Assembly: GCA_041740355.1 (NCBI GenBank)
Contig: JBGSMD010000009.1
Span: 1-64,000, forward strand
Length of the DNA: 64,000 bases
Direction of reading: 5' to 3'
From: Bdellovibrionota bacterium
GTDB lineage: Bacteria; Bdellovibrionota_C; UBA2361; CALJRW01
Part shown: positions 20,293 through 29,591 of the stretch, piece by piece
Layout: the number at the start of each line of letters is the position of its first letter
How positions within the stretch are numbered: position 1 is the stretch's first letter
Translations under genes and position numbers: made by a program
Notes under the pieces: generated by a model
Told to the model about the DNA's origin: nothing
Database searches by the model: none
Seen by the model: only the letters and a program-made list of their open reading frames with translations

Positions 20293-21085
20293 AAAAATTA
20301 AGTGGATTGCCACCATCAAAACTAACTGGAACCAGTACTTAGCCTATAAGGCTGATTTTCTATCCCTAGCAATCATTCCGGCAATTTTGTTTTTAGCAAT
20401 TAAATACAACCTTTTCTCGGTTATCTACCAAAGCAATTCAAATCCAATGATTGCAGGTTTTACTTTGGAAATGATGCTTCGCTACCAATGCTGGATATTA
20501 GTCTTTTCCCTTTTAACAAGTTCCTACAGTGAGCGAAGCTTAGCAGAGGATATTCGATTGGGAAGAATTAGTTCTTACCTTATTTACCCTTTTAGTTTTT
20601 GGAAATTTCATTTTGCTAGTTTTTTGGCATTTAGTTCTCTCCAATTAGTTATTGCCTTAATTTCAATTATTATTTTCTATGTTCTTGAAATGATTACAAT
20701 TGAACCAATTAGCCTAATAATTTTTTTAGCTATTAGTATTTTTGTTTCAATTCTTTGGTTCTTTTTAAGATTTGCCATAGGACTAATTGCTTTTTGGTTA
20801 GAAGAAACTTGGACTTTTCGAATTATCCTAGTAACACTTGTAAACTTACTATCGGGTGCAATTTTTCCAATCGATATGTTCCCAAAGGCGATTCAACAAA
20901 TCCTTTACCTTACTCCTTTCCCATTTATGACATATTTCCCTGTTAAAATTGGCATGGGACTTGCCAGTAATGCTGAAATTATTAATTGTTTTATTGCGGT
21001 GATTGCTTGGTCTTTAATTTGCTTGCTATTCTGTAATTTCCTCTGGAAACGTGGCTTAAAACTTTATACAGCATCGGGAATGTGA
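20285..21085 (+). CDS. ABC-2 family permease (DUF990-like)
   Basis: Overlaps the ATPase gene; IRLGRISSYLIYP, LSGAIFP; C-terminal GLKLYTASG. Confidence 0.85.
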   Translation: MSEKIKWIATIKTNWNQYLAYKADFLSLAIIPAILFLAIKYNLFSVIYQSNSNPMIAGFTLEMMLRYQCWILVFSLLTSSYSERSLAEDIRLGRISSYLIYPFSFWKFHFASFLAFSSLQLVIALISIIIFYVLEMITIEPISLIIFLAISIFVSILWFFLRFAIGLIAFWLEETWTFRIILVTLVNLLSGAIFPIDMFPKAIQQILYLTPFPFMTYFPVKIGMGLASNAEIINCFIAVIAWSLICLLFCNFLWKRGLKLYTASGM

Positions 21086-21123
21086 TTTTTAATAATTTAA
21101 CGAAGTTAAATTATTAAAAATCA
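21083..21123. repeat. Perfect 19-bp stem with C-GAA-G triloop
   Basis: TGATTTTTAATAATTTAAC-GAA-GTTAAATTATTAAAAATCA. Confidence 0.8.
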
Positions 21124-21257
21124 TCCGCCATAGCTTACGCGAGGCGAAAGCGACGGTGGATTGTTTGCAGTAGATTAAACTTTTTAGTTTATCGAAGATA
21201 AACCATTAATAATCATCGACCTTCGCTTCCACCTTTGCTAAAGCTACGGCGGACAAG
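21123..21257. repeat. Inverted pair of REP-like repeats inside the ABC operon
   Basis: ATCCGCCATAGCTTACGC…CGACGGTGGAT and, in reverse, TTCCACCTTTGCTAAAGCTACGGCGGACAAG. Confidence 0.7.
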
Positions 21258-21322
21258 AATGCTACTGAAGACATATAAATATAAAACTTTATAAATAAAA
21301 TTTTGATAATCGATATTACGGC

Positions 21323-22114
21323 ATGAGCATCCCCCATAACTACAAAATCTGGAAACAGTTCCTTGCAATTAACTTAATTAAGACGCTAAGTTTTCGGACA
21401 AACTTTTTTATGGGGATCCTAGAAGAAATTATTTTTTATGGTACGCAACTGCTAACGATTGAGGTTCTATTTAATAATGTGAAAGAAATAAGTGGTTGGA
21501 GTCGAGAAGAGTTTATTTTCTTTTGGGCTTTTTCAGTATTTGCGATGGATCTTTTTTACACATTTGTAGTTGGTAATCTTTGGAGATTTTCAGAAGATGA
21601 TTTAAAACGCGGACAACTAGATTTTAAATTATTAAAACCAGCTCCAGAGATCTTATCGGTATTTTTTAGCTATATCTCAGCAGGTTCATTATTGATTCTT
21701 TGGTTTCCTATCGGAATACTGATATATGCAGCTTGGCAAGTAAACCTTTCCTTGATTAGTTGGCTGTTACTTCCAGTATTAGCTATTTTTGCCGGTGTAT
21801 TTGTATCTACTCTACTGATTTTAATTACACTACTATCATTCTGGACTATTCAAGGTCATGGCTTAAATTATCTTCGTTATCAAGTTTCCCAGTTTGTCTT
21901 TTGGCCAGATTTTGTATTCCAAAATAAAACTAGATTTCTATTGTTATACCTTATTCCAATCTTACTAGTTGCCTCTGGACCCGTTCGATTCTTACTCAAT
22001 TTTAATGATTTTCAGATGTTCCTAACTATGTTAATAACTTTTGTTGTGATGGTCTTTTTAGTAAAAATTGTTTGGAGAATGGGCCTTCGGAACTATTCCT
22101 CTGCATCGAGCTAA
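21323..22114 (+). CDS. ABC-2 family permease (DUF990-like)
   Basis: SFRTNF, ISGWS, GQLDFKLLKP; C-terminal GLRNYSSASS. Confidence 0.87.
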   Translation: MSIPHNYKIWKQFLAINLIKTLSFRTNFFMGILEEIIFYGTQLLTIEVLFNNVKEISGWSREEFIFFWAFSVFAMDLFYTFVVGNLWRFSEDDLKRGQLDFKLLKPAPEILSVFFSYISAGSLLILWFPIGILIYAAWQVNLSLISWLLLPVLAIFAGVFVSTLLILITLLSFWTIQGHGLNYLRYQVSQFVFWPDFVFQNKTRFLLLYLIPILLVASGPVRFLLNFNDFQMFLTMLITFVVMVFLVKIVWRMGLRNYSSASS

Positions 22115-22204
22115 GGCAGTTTTTATTAAAAAAAATCATTTTCCTTTAGAGAAAACTATTCTAATCTAATAAAAATTAATTGTTTTATATAATTTAGATA
22201 TCTG

Positions 22205-22849
22205 ATGGATATAGTTCAAAAACTGATATTACGATACAATAAGCTTCAAAGAAATCTTCCGATTCAGGACAAAAAACAACTTTTTAAATTAGCTAATAAT
22301 CAAAATCCAGAAATACTTCTCATAACTTGTTCCGATTCTCGAGTTGAACCATATTTTTTGATGGGTGCTAAACCGGGAGAAGTTTTTGTTGTTAGAAATG
22401 CCGGAAATATAATTACATCCCCCTATGAAGGACATTGTGGTTCGCTTGGGTCAATAGAATTTGCCGTGGAAATCTTAAAAGTTAAACACATAATTATTTG
22501 TGGCCATTCCGACTGTGGGGCCGTTAAAGCAATTCTTAATCCAAAAAAATTAGTTAAGTATCAAGAGATTTATAAATGGCTAGAAGTTGGCTCCGGCGAT
22601 AAAGATCTAAACCCTAAAAGACCTCTTTTATACAACGTCCAACACCATGTGATGAACCAAATCAATAAACTTAAAGAAATTGATTTTATTGCCAAGAAAA
22701 TTAAAGCAAATAAGATCAAACTTCACGCTTGGTACTTAGATATTCCAACCTATAGCCTCAAAGCCTACTGTGAAACCAATCATCAGTGGGGTCCAATAAA
22801 TCATACTTATCTTATGAATACGACAGCAGCTGTAGAGCTTGATGATTAA
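22205..22849 (+). CDS. Beta-class carbonic anhydrase (copy 1)
   Basis: CSDSR, RNAGN, CGHSDCGA. Confidence 0.95.
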   Translation: MDIVQKLILRYNKLQRNLPIQDKKQLFKLANNQNPEILLITCSDSRVEPYFLMGAKPGEVFVVRNAGNIITSPYEGHCGSLGSIEFAVEILKVKHIIICGHSDCGAVKAILNPKKLVKYQEIYKWLEVGSGDKDLNPKRPLLYNVQHHVMNQINKLKEIDFIAKKIKANKIKLHAWYLDIPTYSLKAYCETNHQWGPINHTYLMNTTAAVELDD

Positions 22850-22870
22850 TCATAATCTCCAATTTAGGTC

Positions 22871-22919
22871 TTGAAATCTACCAACTTTAGTCTTATATTA
22901 ACAAATATTAATATATTAA
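22871..22919 (+). promoter_or_regulatory. Sigma70 promoter overlapped by a palindromic, putative ArsR operator
   Basis: TTGAAA-17 bp-TATATT; ATATTAA-N6-TTAATAT palindrome at 22895-22914. Confidence 0.65.
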
Positions 22920-22932
22920 AATAAGTAGCAAT

Positions 22933-23301
22933 ATGAGTGAACGTTTATTAGTAGCTAAGGAATTAGGTAATCTTTTCTCAACGATTGCCCACCAAGATCG
23001 AATCCGAATAATTGAAGAACTTGGTGTAGGTGAAAAGGATGTGCAATCTCTGTCAGAACTTATTGGAATATCTTCCTCTAGGATGTCGCAACATCTATCA
23101 AAACTTAAATCAATCAAACTTGTGGAAGAGCGTCGAGATCAAAAACATCATTTCTATCGACTTCAAAATCCAAGTTTTGCTAATTGGATCTTATCAGGTC
23201 TTGAATATTCGGAACTTTCAGTCGTCAACCCTGAGAAGCTTAATCAGGTAGCAAATAAAGCTAAAAACAAGTGGCTTAAGCCTAAATCAAGTCTAAAATA
23301 G
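22933..23301 (+). CDS. ArsR/SmtB family transcriptional repressor (no Cys)
   Basis: IAHQDRIRIIEEL, SRMSQHLSKLK, VEERRD…FYRL. Confidence 0.92.
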   Translation: MSERLLVAKELGNLFSTIAHQDRIRIIEELGVGEKDVQSLSELIGISSSRMSQHLSKLKSIKLVEERRDQKHHFYRLQNPSFANWILSGLEYSELSVVNPEKLNQVANKAKNKWLKPKSSLK

Positions 23302-23338
23302 AATAACTATTCTAATTAAGGAAATTGAATTTGTTTTC

Positions 23339-23363
23339 ATATTAATAATTCTTTATATATTAA
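23339..23363 (+). promoter_or_regulatory. Second copy of the putative ArsR operator, upstream of sulP
   Basis: ATATTAATAATTCTTTATATATTAA matches 22895-22919 at 21 of 25 positions. Confidence 0.55.
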
Positions 23364-23372
23364 TGTATTCAA

Positions 23373-24950
23373 ATGAAATTAGATAAAACAATCACTAAAG
23401 ATATCCTAGCATCCTTTGTAGTTTTTCTTGTTGCTCTTCCACTATGCATGGGTATTGCTGTAGCCTCAGGCTTGTCTCCTGAAAAGGGATTAATTACAGG
23501 AATTATTGGTGGTTTAGTGGTTGGACTACTTGCCGGTAGTCCATTACAAGTCAGCGGTCCGGCGGCCGGACTTGTTGTGCTAGTTTGGGAGATCTTTAAT
23601 AAGTTTGGACTGCAAGGATTAGCTCTAATCACTTTGCTGGCAGGTGGATTACAAATTCTTGCTGGGGTTTTAAGATTTGGACAGATATTTCGAGCCGTAT
23701 CACCCTCCGTAATTTATGGAATGCTCTCAGGAATTGGAATTCTAATTTTTAGTTCACAATTTCATTTAATGATCGATGAACAACCATTAGCCAAAGGATA
23801 TCAAAACCTCTTAGCAATTCCCAATTCACTATTTAAAATTATAAATTTCAAAAATCTTGATGCTCATATTTTTGCAGCTATAATTGGAATAAGCACAATT
23901 TCGGCAATTCTGATTTGGGATAAATTCAAACCAAACACACTTCGTTTATTACCAGGAGCCCTCTTTGGAATTGTCTTAGCTTCAATCCTTAGCGCCTCAT
24001 TTGATTTCTCAATTAAACATATCGAGGCACCAAAAAATCTACTTAATAATCTCAGTTTGCTCGCCATTAATCCAGAACTAATTAACAACATCCTTTCTTG
24101 GACTGGAATCACAATGATCTTTAGTATGTTCCTAATTGCTAGTGCCGAAACGCTTCTTTCCGCTAGTGCTGTTGATAAAATGCATAACGGTCCAAGAACA
24201 AATCATAATCGAGAGTTACTGGCACAAGGAGTGGGCAACATGCTTTGTGGCCTGCTTCAAGCCCTACCAATGACAGGAGTAATAGTTAGAAGTTCAGCCA
24301 ATGTAAATGCTGGAGCAAAAACCAGACTTTCAGCTACGCTACATGGTGCTTGGTTGCTGGGCTTTATAGTCTTACTTCCTGACTTACTGGCTTTTGTTCC
24401 CAGCGCAAGTTTAGCAGCCTTATTAGTGTTAATTGGTTACAAGTTAATCAATTTTTCCTTGATTAAAACTATTTATAAAAAAGGAACTGATGAATTAATT
24501 ATTTTTCTTATGACAGTAAGCTTTATTGTCCTCTTTGATTTACTAACAGGAATAATTATTGGTTTTTTAGGAACTATCGTTCAGCTAGTTTATAAACTTA
24601 CGCATCTTCAAGTTAGTATTAGTAAAAACTCTGAAAATGAATATCTAATTGAATTTTCGGGAGCAGCCACCTTTCTTAGACTTCCAACACTAAGTGATGC
24701 ACTGGAAAGTATTCCAAAAAATTCCCATGTTTGTTTAAAACTTACTAAGCTTAATTACATTGATCATGCCTGTCTAGAACAAATTTTTAGCTGGGAGCAC
24801 CAATATCAGCAAGCTGGTGGATATGTTCGCCTTGAAAATGAGATGTTAAATCCAATAATTAAAGAGTCGACCCAACTCTCAATTGATGGAAATCAGATGG
24901 AAGTAGAATTTTTAAGTAAAAGTGAAGATCGACAAGTATCATCACAATAA
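23373..24950 (+). CDS. SulP/SLC26 anion (probably bicarbonate) transporter with STAS-like C-terminus
   Basis: VFLVALPLCMGIAVASG, VSGPAAGL, ELLAQGVGN, LPMTGVIVRSSAN, YIDHAC. Confidence 0.93.
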   Translation: MKLDKTITKDILASFVVFLVALPLCMGIAVASGLSPEKGLITGIIGGLVVGLLAGSPLQVSGPAAGLVVLVWEIFNKFGLQGLALITLLAGGLQILAGVLRFGQIFRAVSPSVIYGMLSGIGILIFSSQFHLMIDEQPLAKGYQNLLAIPNSLFKIINFKNLDAHIFAAIIGISTISAILIWDKFKPNTLRLLPGALFGIVLASILSASFDFSIKHIEAPKNLLNNLSLLAINPELINNILSWTGITMIFSMFLIASAETLLSASAVDKMHNGPRTNHNRELLAQGVGNMLCGLLQALPMTGVIVRSSANVNAGAKTRLSATLHGAWLLGFIVLLPDLLAFVPSASLAALLVLIGYKLINFSLIKTIYKKGTDELIIFLMTVSFIVLFDLLTGIIIGFLGTIVQLVYKLTHLQVSISKNSENEYLIEFSGAATFLRLPTLSDALESIPKNSHVCLKLTKLNYIDHACLEQIFSWEHQYQQAGGYVRLENEMLNPIIKESTQLSIDGNQMEVEFLSKSEDRQVSSQ

Positions 24951-24977
24951 ATTTAATTTTATTAAAAGGAATATATC

Positions 24978-25616
24978 ATGGACATAATTAGCAAACTTAA
25001 AACTGGACACGAAGATTTTCACAATAATTTGACCCCAGAACTTCGAGCTAATCTTGTAAATTTAGCCAATGGCCAAAGCCCGGAAGTGCTATTTATAACC
25101 TGCTCGGATTCTAGATTGGATCCGAATTTATTTACTAATACTCAACCCGGAGAATTGTTTATCATGCGCAATGCTGGGAATATTGTACCTGCCAGCAACG
25201 ATCACACAAGCGGCGAACTTGGAACAATTCAGTTTGCAGTGGAAGTCCTAAAAGTGAAACATATTATTGTTTGTGGTCACTCAGATTGTGGCGCCGTTAA
25301 AGGGATGTTAGATCTACAAGCAATAAAAAGATTTCGAGCTTTGACTAAATTCTTAAAAAGAACTCATGTGAAACACAAGCTTAATCCTAAACTTGATTTA
25401 CCAACAAATGTTTGTAACCACGCTCTAAATCAAATCGATCGTTTAAAGAAAATTCCTTTTATCAAAGAGCGAGTCAAATCCAAGAAGTTAGAATTACATG
25501 CTTGGAAACTTGATCTAGAAACTTATGCTTTAATGGAATATTCCAAACCCGAAAAGAAATGGGTGGCAATTAGTTCCGAATACAAACCAAGACACCTACA
25601 GGTAATTAACAGTTAG
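24978..25616 (+). CDS. Beta-class carbonic anhydrase (copy 2)
   Basis: CSDSR, RNAGN, CGHSDCGA. Confidence 0.95.
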   Translation: MDIISKLKTGHEDFHNNLTPELRANLVNLANGQSPEVLFITCSDSRLDPNLFTNTQPGELFIMRNAGNIVPASNDHTSGELGTIQFAVEVLKVKHIIVCGHSDCGAVKGMLDLQAIKRFRALTKFLKRTHVKHKLNPKLDLPTNVCNHALNQIDRLKKIPFIKERVKSKKLELHAWKLDLETYALMEYSKPEKKWVAISSEYKPRHLQVINS

Positions 25617-26000
25617 ATCTAACTCAATCTCTGGGTGTAGACTGTGATGAACTGGGCAATTTTTTAGTGCCTCTTCATATGCCTCTCTAGACTCCTCTGG
25701 TATTGAAGTTGGTAAGTTGATTTTTAAAATTAGTTTTCCAATACGACGTGGATTAGACTGCATAATCTTTTCAATCTCGTAATGCGCCCCTTCTAAAGAA
25801 TGATTCTCGCGAGAAGCTTTAATTCCACAAATGGTTAGCATACAAGAAGCTAGCGCTGCTGCTAATGTATCTGTTGGAGAAAAAGAACTACCATCACCAT
25901 TGTTATCCTTCGGTGCTACTGTCGTTAACTTAGTTCCTGAATCTAAATGAGTTGATTCAACTTTAAGACCTGTGATGTATTTACCTGAAATTTTTGTCAT
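25596..26000 (-). CDS. OsmC/Ohr family protein
   Basis: APKDNNGDGSSFSPTD…LASC, CPVHHSL. Confidence 0.9.
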   Translation of the reverse strand: MTKISGKYITGLKVESTHLDSGTKLTTVAPKDNNGDGSSFSPTDTLAAALASCMLTICGIKASRENHSLEGAHYEIEKIMQSNPRRIGKLILKINLPTSIPEESREAYEEALKNCPVHHSLHPEIELDLTVNYL

Positions 26001-26123
26001 TATAAGATTTTATATATAAAGAGATGCATACTTAAAAGTATAACAAAATCAGTGCAATAATTCAAAATTTGAGTTAGAGGTGGCTTGCCCGAACTATTCA
26101 TTAAGTTTATAAACTAAGGCAGA

Positions 26124-27266
26124 ATGGATCTTACAAAAACCTTTTCACAAGAAGATATTAAAAATTTTAGCTCTGAGCTTGAAGTTATCAAGAAGCGCAT
26201 TTACTCAGCAATTTCTGAAAAAGATTTTCAACACTTAAAAAAAATTGAAAGATATGGACGCGTAGCTACTTTTTTGGGCTACTTAACTGCATGGATTATT
26301 CCTAATCCGATTAGTGCTTTTCTTCTGAGCCTGGGACAATTCACTCGTTGGTTATTAGCACATCACATCTTACACCGTGGTTATGACCGAGTTCCAAATA
26401 TTCCTAAACGTTACACAAGCAAAGGCTTTGCCCAAGGTAAGCGAAGATTTATTGACTGGTTTGATTGGATTCACCCCAAAGCTTGGGACTACGAACATAA
26501 TATCTTACATCATTACCATACCGGCGAACATCAAGATCCCGATCTTGTGGAGCGAAATGCAGAGTTTTTGCGAACGGCAAGAATTCCAAAATGCTTAAAA
26601 TACTTTTTCATGTTCTTATTTGGAATTAGTTGGAAATTTACTTACTACGCACCTACTACAATTAGTTGTCTTGATGAAAAAAATAATCGCGTTAATAAAG
26701 ATGATCTAAATTTTTTATATCTTCGCGACATATTTAAGTTTAATAGCCCCCAAGTGAGACGACTTTGGACGCATTGTTATTTACCTTATTTTACAGTTCA
26801 TTTCTTGGCCATTCCTTCCATCTTCTTACTAATTAGTCCCACAGCTGCATTGTTTGTACTAATCAATAAAATCTTGGCTGAATTTATTACAAATTTCCAT
26901 TCCTTTCTAATCGTTGGACCAAATCATGCGGGCGAGGATTTACATCGTTATGAATTTCACTATGACAATAAAGAGGAGTTTTACTTAACACAGGTCTTAA
27001 CCTCAGTTAATTATAATTGTGGTAAAGAATTGCAAGACTACATGCAAATCTGGCTCAATTATCAGATCGAGCATCACCTCTTTCCAGATTTACCGATGCT
27101 TAAATACCGAGAAGTGCAACCAGATGTTAAAGCACTTTGTAAGAAATATAATATTCCCTATATCCAAGAGAGTGTCTTTCTAAGATTTAGAAAAATGTTG
27201 CGTATTTGCGTTGGTAGTGAACAGATGATTTCTACTAAATCTTACCCTTCAATTGTTCCAATATAA
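26124..27266 (+). CDS. Membrane fatty acid desaturase (front-end/DesA3-like)
   Basis: His boxes HHILH, HNILHH and QIEHH. Confidence 0.9.
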   Translation: MDLTKTFSQEDIKNFSSELEVIKKRIYSAISEKDFQHLKKIERYGRVATFLGYLTAWIIPNPISAFLLSLGQFTRWLLAHHILHRGYDRVPNIPKRYTSKGFAQGKRRFIDWFDWIHPKAWDYEHNILHHYHTGEHQDPDLVERNAEFLRTARIPKCLKYFFMFLFGISWKFTYYAPTTISCLDEKNNRVNKDDLNFLYLRDIFKFNSPQVRRLWTHCYLPYFTVHFLAIPSIFLLISPTAALFVLINKILAEFITNFHSFLIVGPNHAGEDLHRYEFHYDNKEEFYLTQVLTSVNYNCGKELQDYMQIWLNYQIEHHLFPDLPMLKYREVQPDVKALCKKYNIPYIQESVFLRFRKMLRICVGSEQMISTKSYPSIVPI

Positions 27267-27296
27267 TTTTTTATTACCTAAGTGCAACAGGATTAT

Positions 27297-27863
27297 CTAA
27301 TCGCAGTTTGAAAATGGAAGCGTCATTGTACTAGAACTTCCGATTTGCGAACTTATTGTAAATCTTTTTCTGGAAAGGTATGAATATGCAGGATTTATAC
27401 TGCCGTCACCTTCTTCGCTTTCTGGAATGTTTACCATTTCAGACGAACCCTTACAATGATAAACCGAGGCATAGAATTGGATATTATTTGGTGTGTTAAT
27501 CACCTTACTGAAAGAACTTGTTGCTCTGATATCTGGATTGTTAACATAACCGGGAAAAAGTTCTTCAACTGAGTAATTAAGTGCATTTGGAACACTCCCC
27601 TGTCCGCGTTGGGTTCCACTTCGCAAAAAAGTTACACTAAATGAGCCAGCACCACTATTACCCCTAAAAGCTTCTTGATATTTTCCTGCATTCATTGCGG
27701 TATAAAGACTTTTAACCGCTACCGCAGCACTAGCGTCATGTGCCTTGGCTCGAAATTCCTCCATCTGACTAACTCCAATTGCTGCCATTATTCCGATTGT
27801 AGCTACTGTAACTAAAAGTTCCACTAATGTGAAACCGGAATCTATCTGAAAGTAATTAGACAT
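27297..27863 (-). CDS. Type IV pilin-like protein
   Basis: Prepilin SG|FTLVELLVTVATIGIMAAI; two C-terminal Cys. Confidence 0.88.
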   Translation of the reverse strand: MSNYFQIDSGFTLVELLVTVATIGIMAAIGVSQMEEFRAKAHDASAAVAVKSLYTAMNAGKYQEAFRGNSGAGSFSVTFLRSGTQRGQGSVPNALNYSVEELFPGYVNNPDIRATSSFSKVINTPNNIQFYASVYHCKGSSEMVNIPESEEGDGSINPAYSYLSRKRFTISSQIGSSSTMTLPFSNCD

Positions 27864-28229
27864 TAAGAATTAGAATTAAATTGGCAAAATGTATATGTAT
27901 TTAATATTCGTCTAAATTACTAAATAAGTTGAATATTTATCTTACTATATCGTTAGTCTGAATGAATATTCTAAGATTAGTCAGATAACTTATGGTAATT
28001 TAAAAAACTTAACTTAAATATAGTAAGTAGAGATACAAGCAAATCTCCTAGCTAGTTTTCTTGGCTATTCTCAAAATGACCGTTCTAAATTTTCTCAAGT
28101 ATAATGTTACTCAAAATTCTAACAATCAATTTTTTGTTGTGAGGTAGGAATAATGCATTTTTTGACGTGATCTATATTAACTAAGTGAAACTGCTTAAAA
28201 ACAAAACTAGTAAGTATTCATCAAATAAT

Positions 28230-28796
28230 CTAATCACATGGATATGGAGCTACGGACATAGAGTCAAATGAACCTATTTGTGAGGTAATAACAAATCTTC
28301 TTCTTGTCAGGTATGAATATTCTGGGTTTATATTTCCATCTTCTTCTTGGCTTTCGGGAATTGTTACATTTGATGCTGAACCCTTGCAATGTGTTGTGGC
28401 GGCATACATTTGAATATTATTAGGTGCGTTAGTTACCGTACTAAAAATTCCTACTGCCCTAATATCTGGATTGTTAACATAACCAGGATAGAGTTCTTCA
28501 ACTGAAAAGTTTAGTGAATTAGGAACACTTCCTTGCCCTCGATCCGTTCCACTTTGTAAAAACCCTACGCCAAAAGCACGAGCTCCACTAGACCCCTCAA
28601 ATGCTTCTTGAAACTTCCCTGCGTTCATTGCAGTATAAAGACTTTTAACAGCTACTGCAGCAATAGCATCATTTGCCTTGGCACTAAATTCATTATACTG
28701 ACCTACTCCCATTGATGCTAGTATACCAACTATGGCCACGGTAACTAAAAGTTCCACTAAGGTGAAACCAGAATCTTTCTGAAGTAAATTAGGCAT
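28230..28796 (-). CDS. Type IV pilin-like protein (tandem paralog)
   Basis: SG|FTLVELLVTVAIVGILA; same length as its neighbour and shares sequence blocks with it. Confidence 0.88.
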   Translation of the reverse strand: MPNLLQKDSGFTLVELLVTVAIVGILASMGVGQYNEFSAKANDAIAAVAVKSLYTAMNAGKFQEAFEGSSGARAFGVGFLQSGTDRGQGSVPNSLNFSVEELYPGYVNNPDIRAVGIFSTVTNAPNNIQMYAATTHCKGSASNVTIPESQEEDGNINPEYSYLTRRRFVITSQIGSFDSMSVAPYPCD

Positions 28797-29033
28797 TTTA
28801 AAAGTCTTATTAGGATGATCGTATAATTATGATTTATTCTTCGACTTGAATTGAAAATTAGTTAAGTTTTTGTTTTTTTTAATTTTTGATAAGAATAATT
28901 ATTCTAATGGTGATTTCATTTTTTTATAAAGCTTAACCTGAACTTTGAGCCTCCTAAGAATATCCAATTAGGCAGTATTAAAATGAAACTCATTTTATGT
29001 AATAGTTTCAAGTTAAGAAAGAAATAACTAAGA

Positions 29034-29531
29034 TTAGTAACTAACTCGCTTCTTGAAACTGGTTCTTAGGCATAAAGCAGATAAAATAAATCCAATCAGT
29101 AAATAGATCCCGACTCTTCTCCAAGGATTCTCTAATTCAATCTGTCTGAGTTTTTGAATATTACTATTAAGGTACGAAAACTTCACAACATCCCCCGTTT
29201 TATAAATTGGTCGACCAATTTCACCCACTAAAACCCCTCGAACCTGTTGTTGATTGCGGTCTTGAAAATCAATTTGATAATGTGGTGGATATTCTATGGT
29301 AATATTCTTAGGATCCGTATTGGAAGCAATATTATTATTTGGACTGTTTTGCTTACCTGGTACTCGATCGGAATGCGTTTCGGGAATCTCAATTGAAGTT
29401 ACAATTCCCTCAGAAGTTACAGAAAAATATTTAAAATAGTAAAAATCTACAACAATAAAAGCTGAAAAGATGTAGAATATTGCTGAAACAATTACGGCAA
29501 ATGCAGTTAATAAGATTCTAATATTTCTCAT
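29034..29531 (-). CDS. Two-TM membrane protein, DUF3592-like
   Basis: TM…GIVTSIE…YQIDF…YKTGDVVKFSY…TM. Confidence 0.6.
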   Translation of the reverse strand: MRNIRILLTAFAVIVSAIFYIFSAFIVVDFYYFKYFSVTSEGIVTSIEIPETHSDRVPGKQNSPNNNIASNTDPKNITIEYPPHYQIDFQDRNQQQVRGVLVGEIGRPIYKTGDVVKFSYLNSNIQKLRQIELENPWRRVGIYLLIGFILSALCLRTSFKKRVSY

Positions 29532-29553
29532 AACTTAAAACCTGAATAGACAG

Positions 29554-29586
29554 AATTCTATAGCTAGCAATGCTAGCTATAGAATT
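29554..29586 (-). terminator. Perfect palindrome after typA
   Basis: AATTCTATAGCTAGCA-A-TGCTAGCTATAGAATT. Confidence 0.65.
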
Positions 29587-29591
29587 TACTA

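Noticed and set aside
19306-22114. ABC exporter as the RiPP transporter
   Set aside because: It is a common three-gene DUF990-type system 29 kb from the precursor, with no evidence of linkage.
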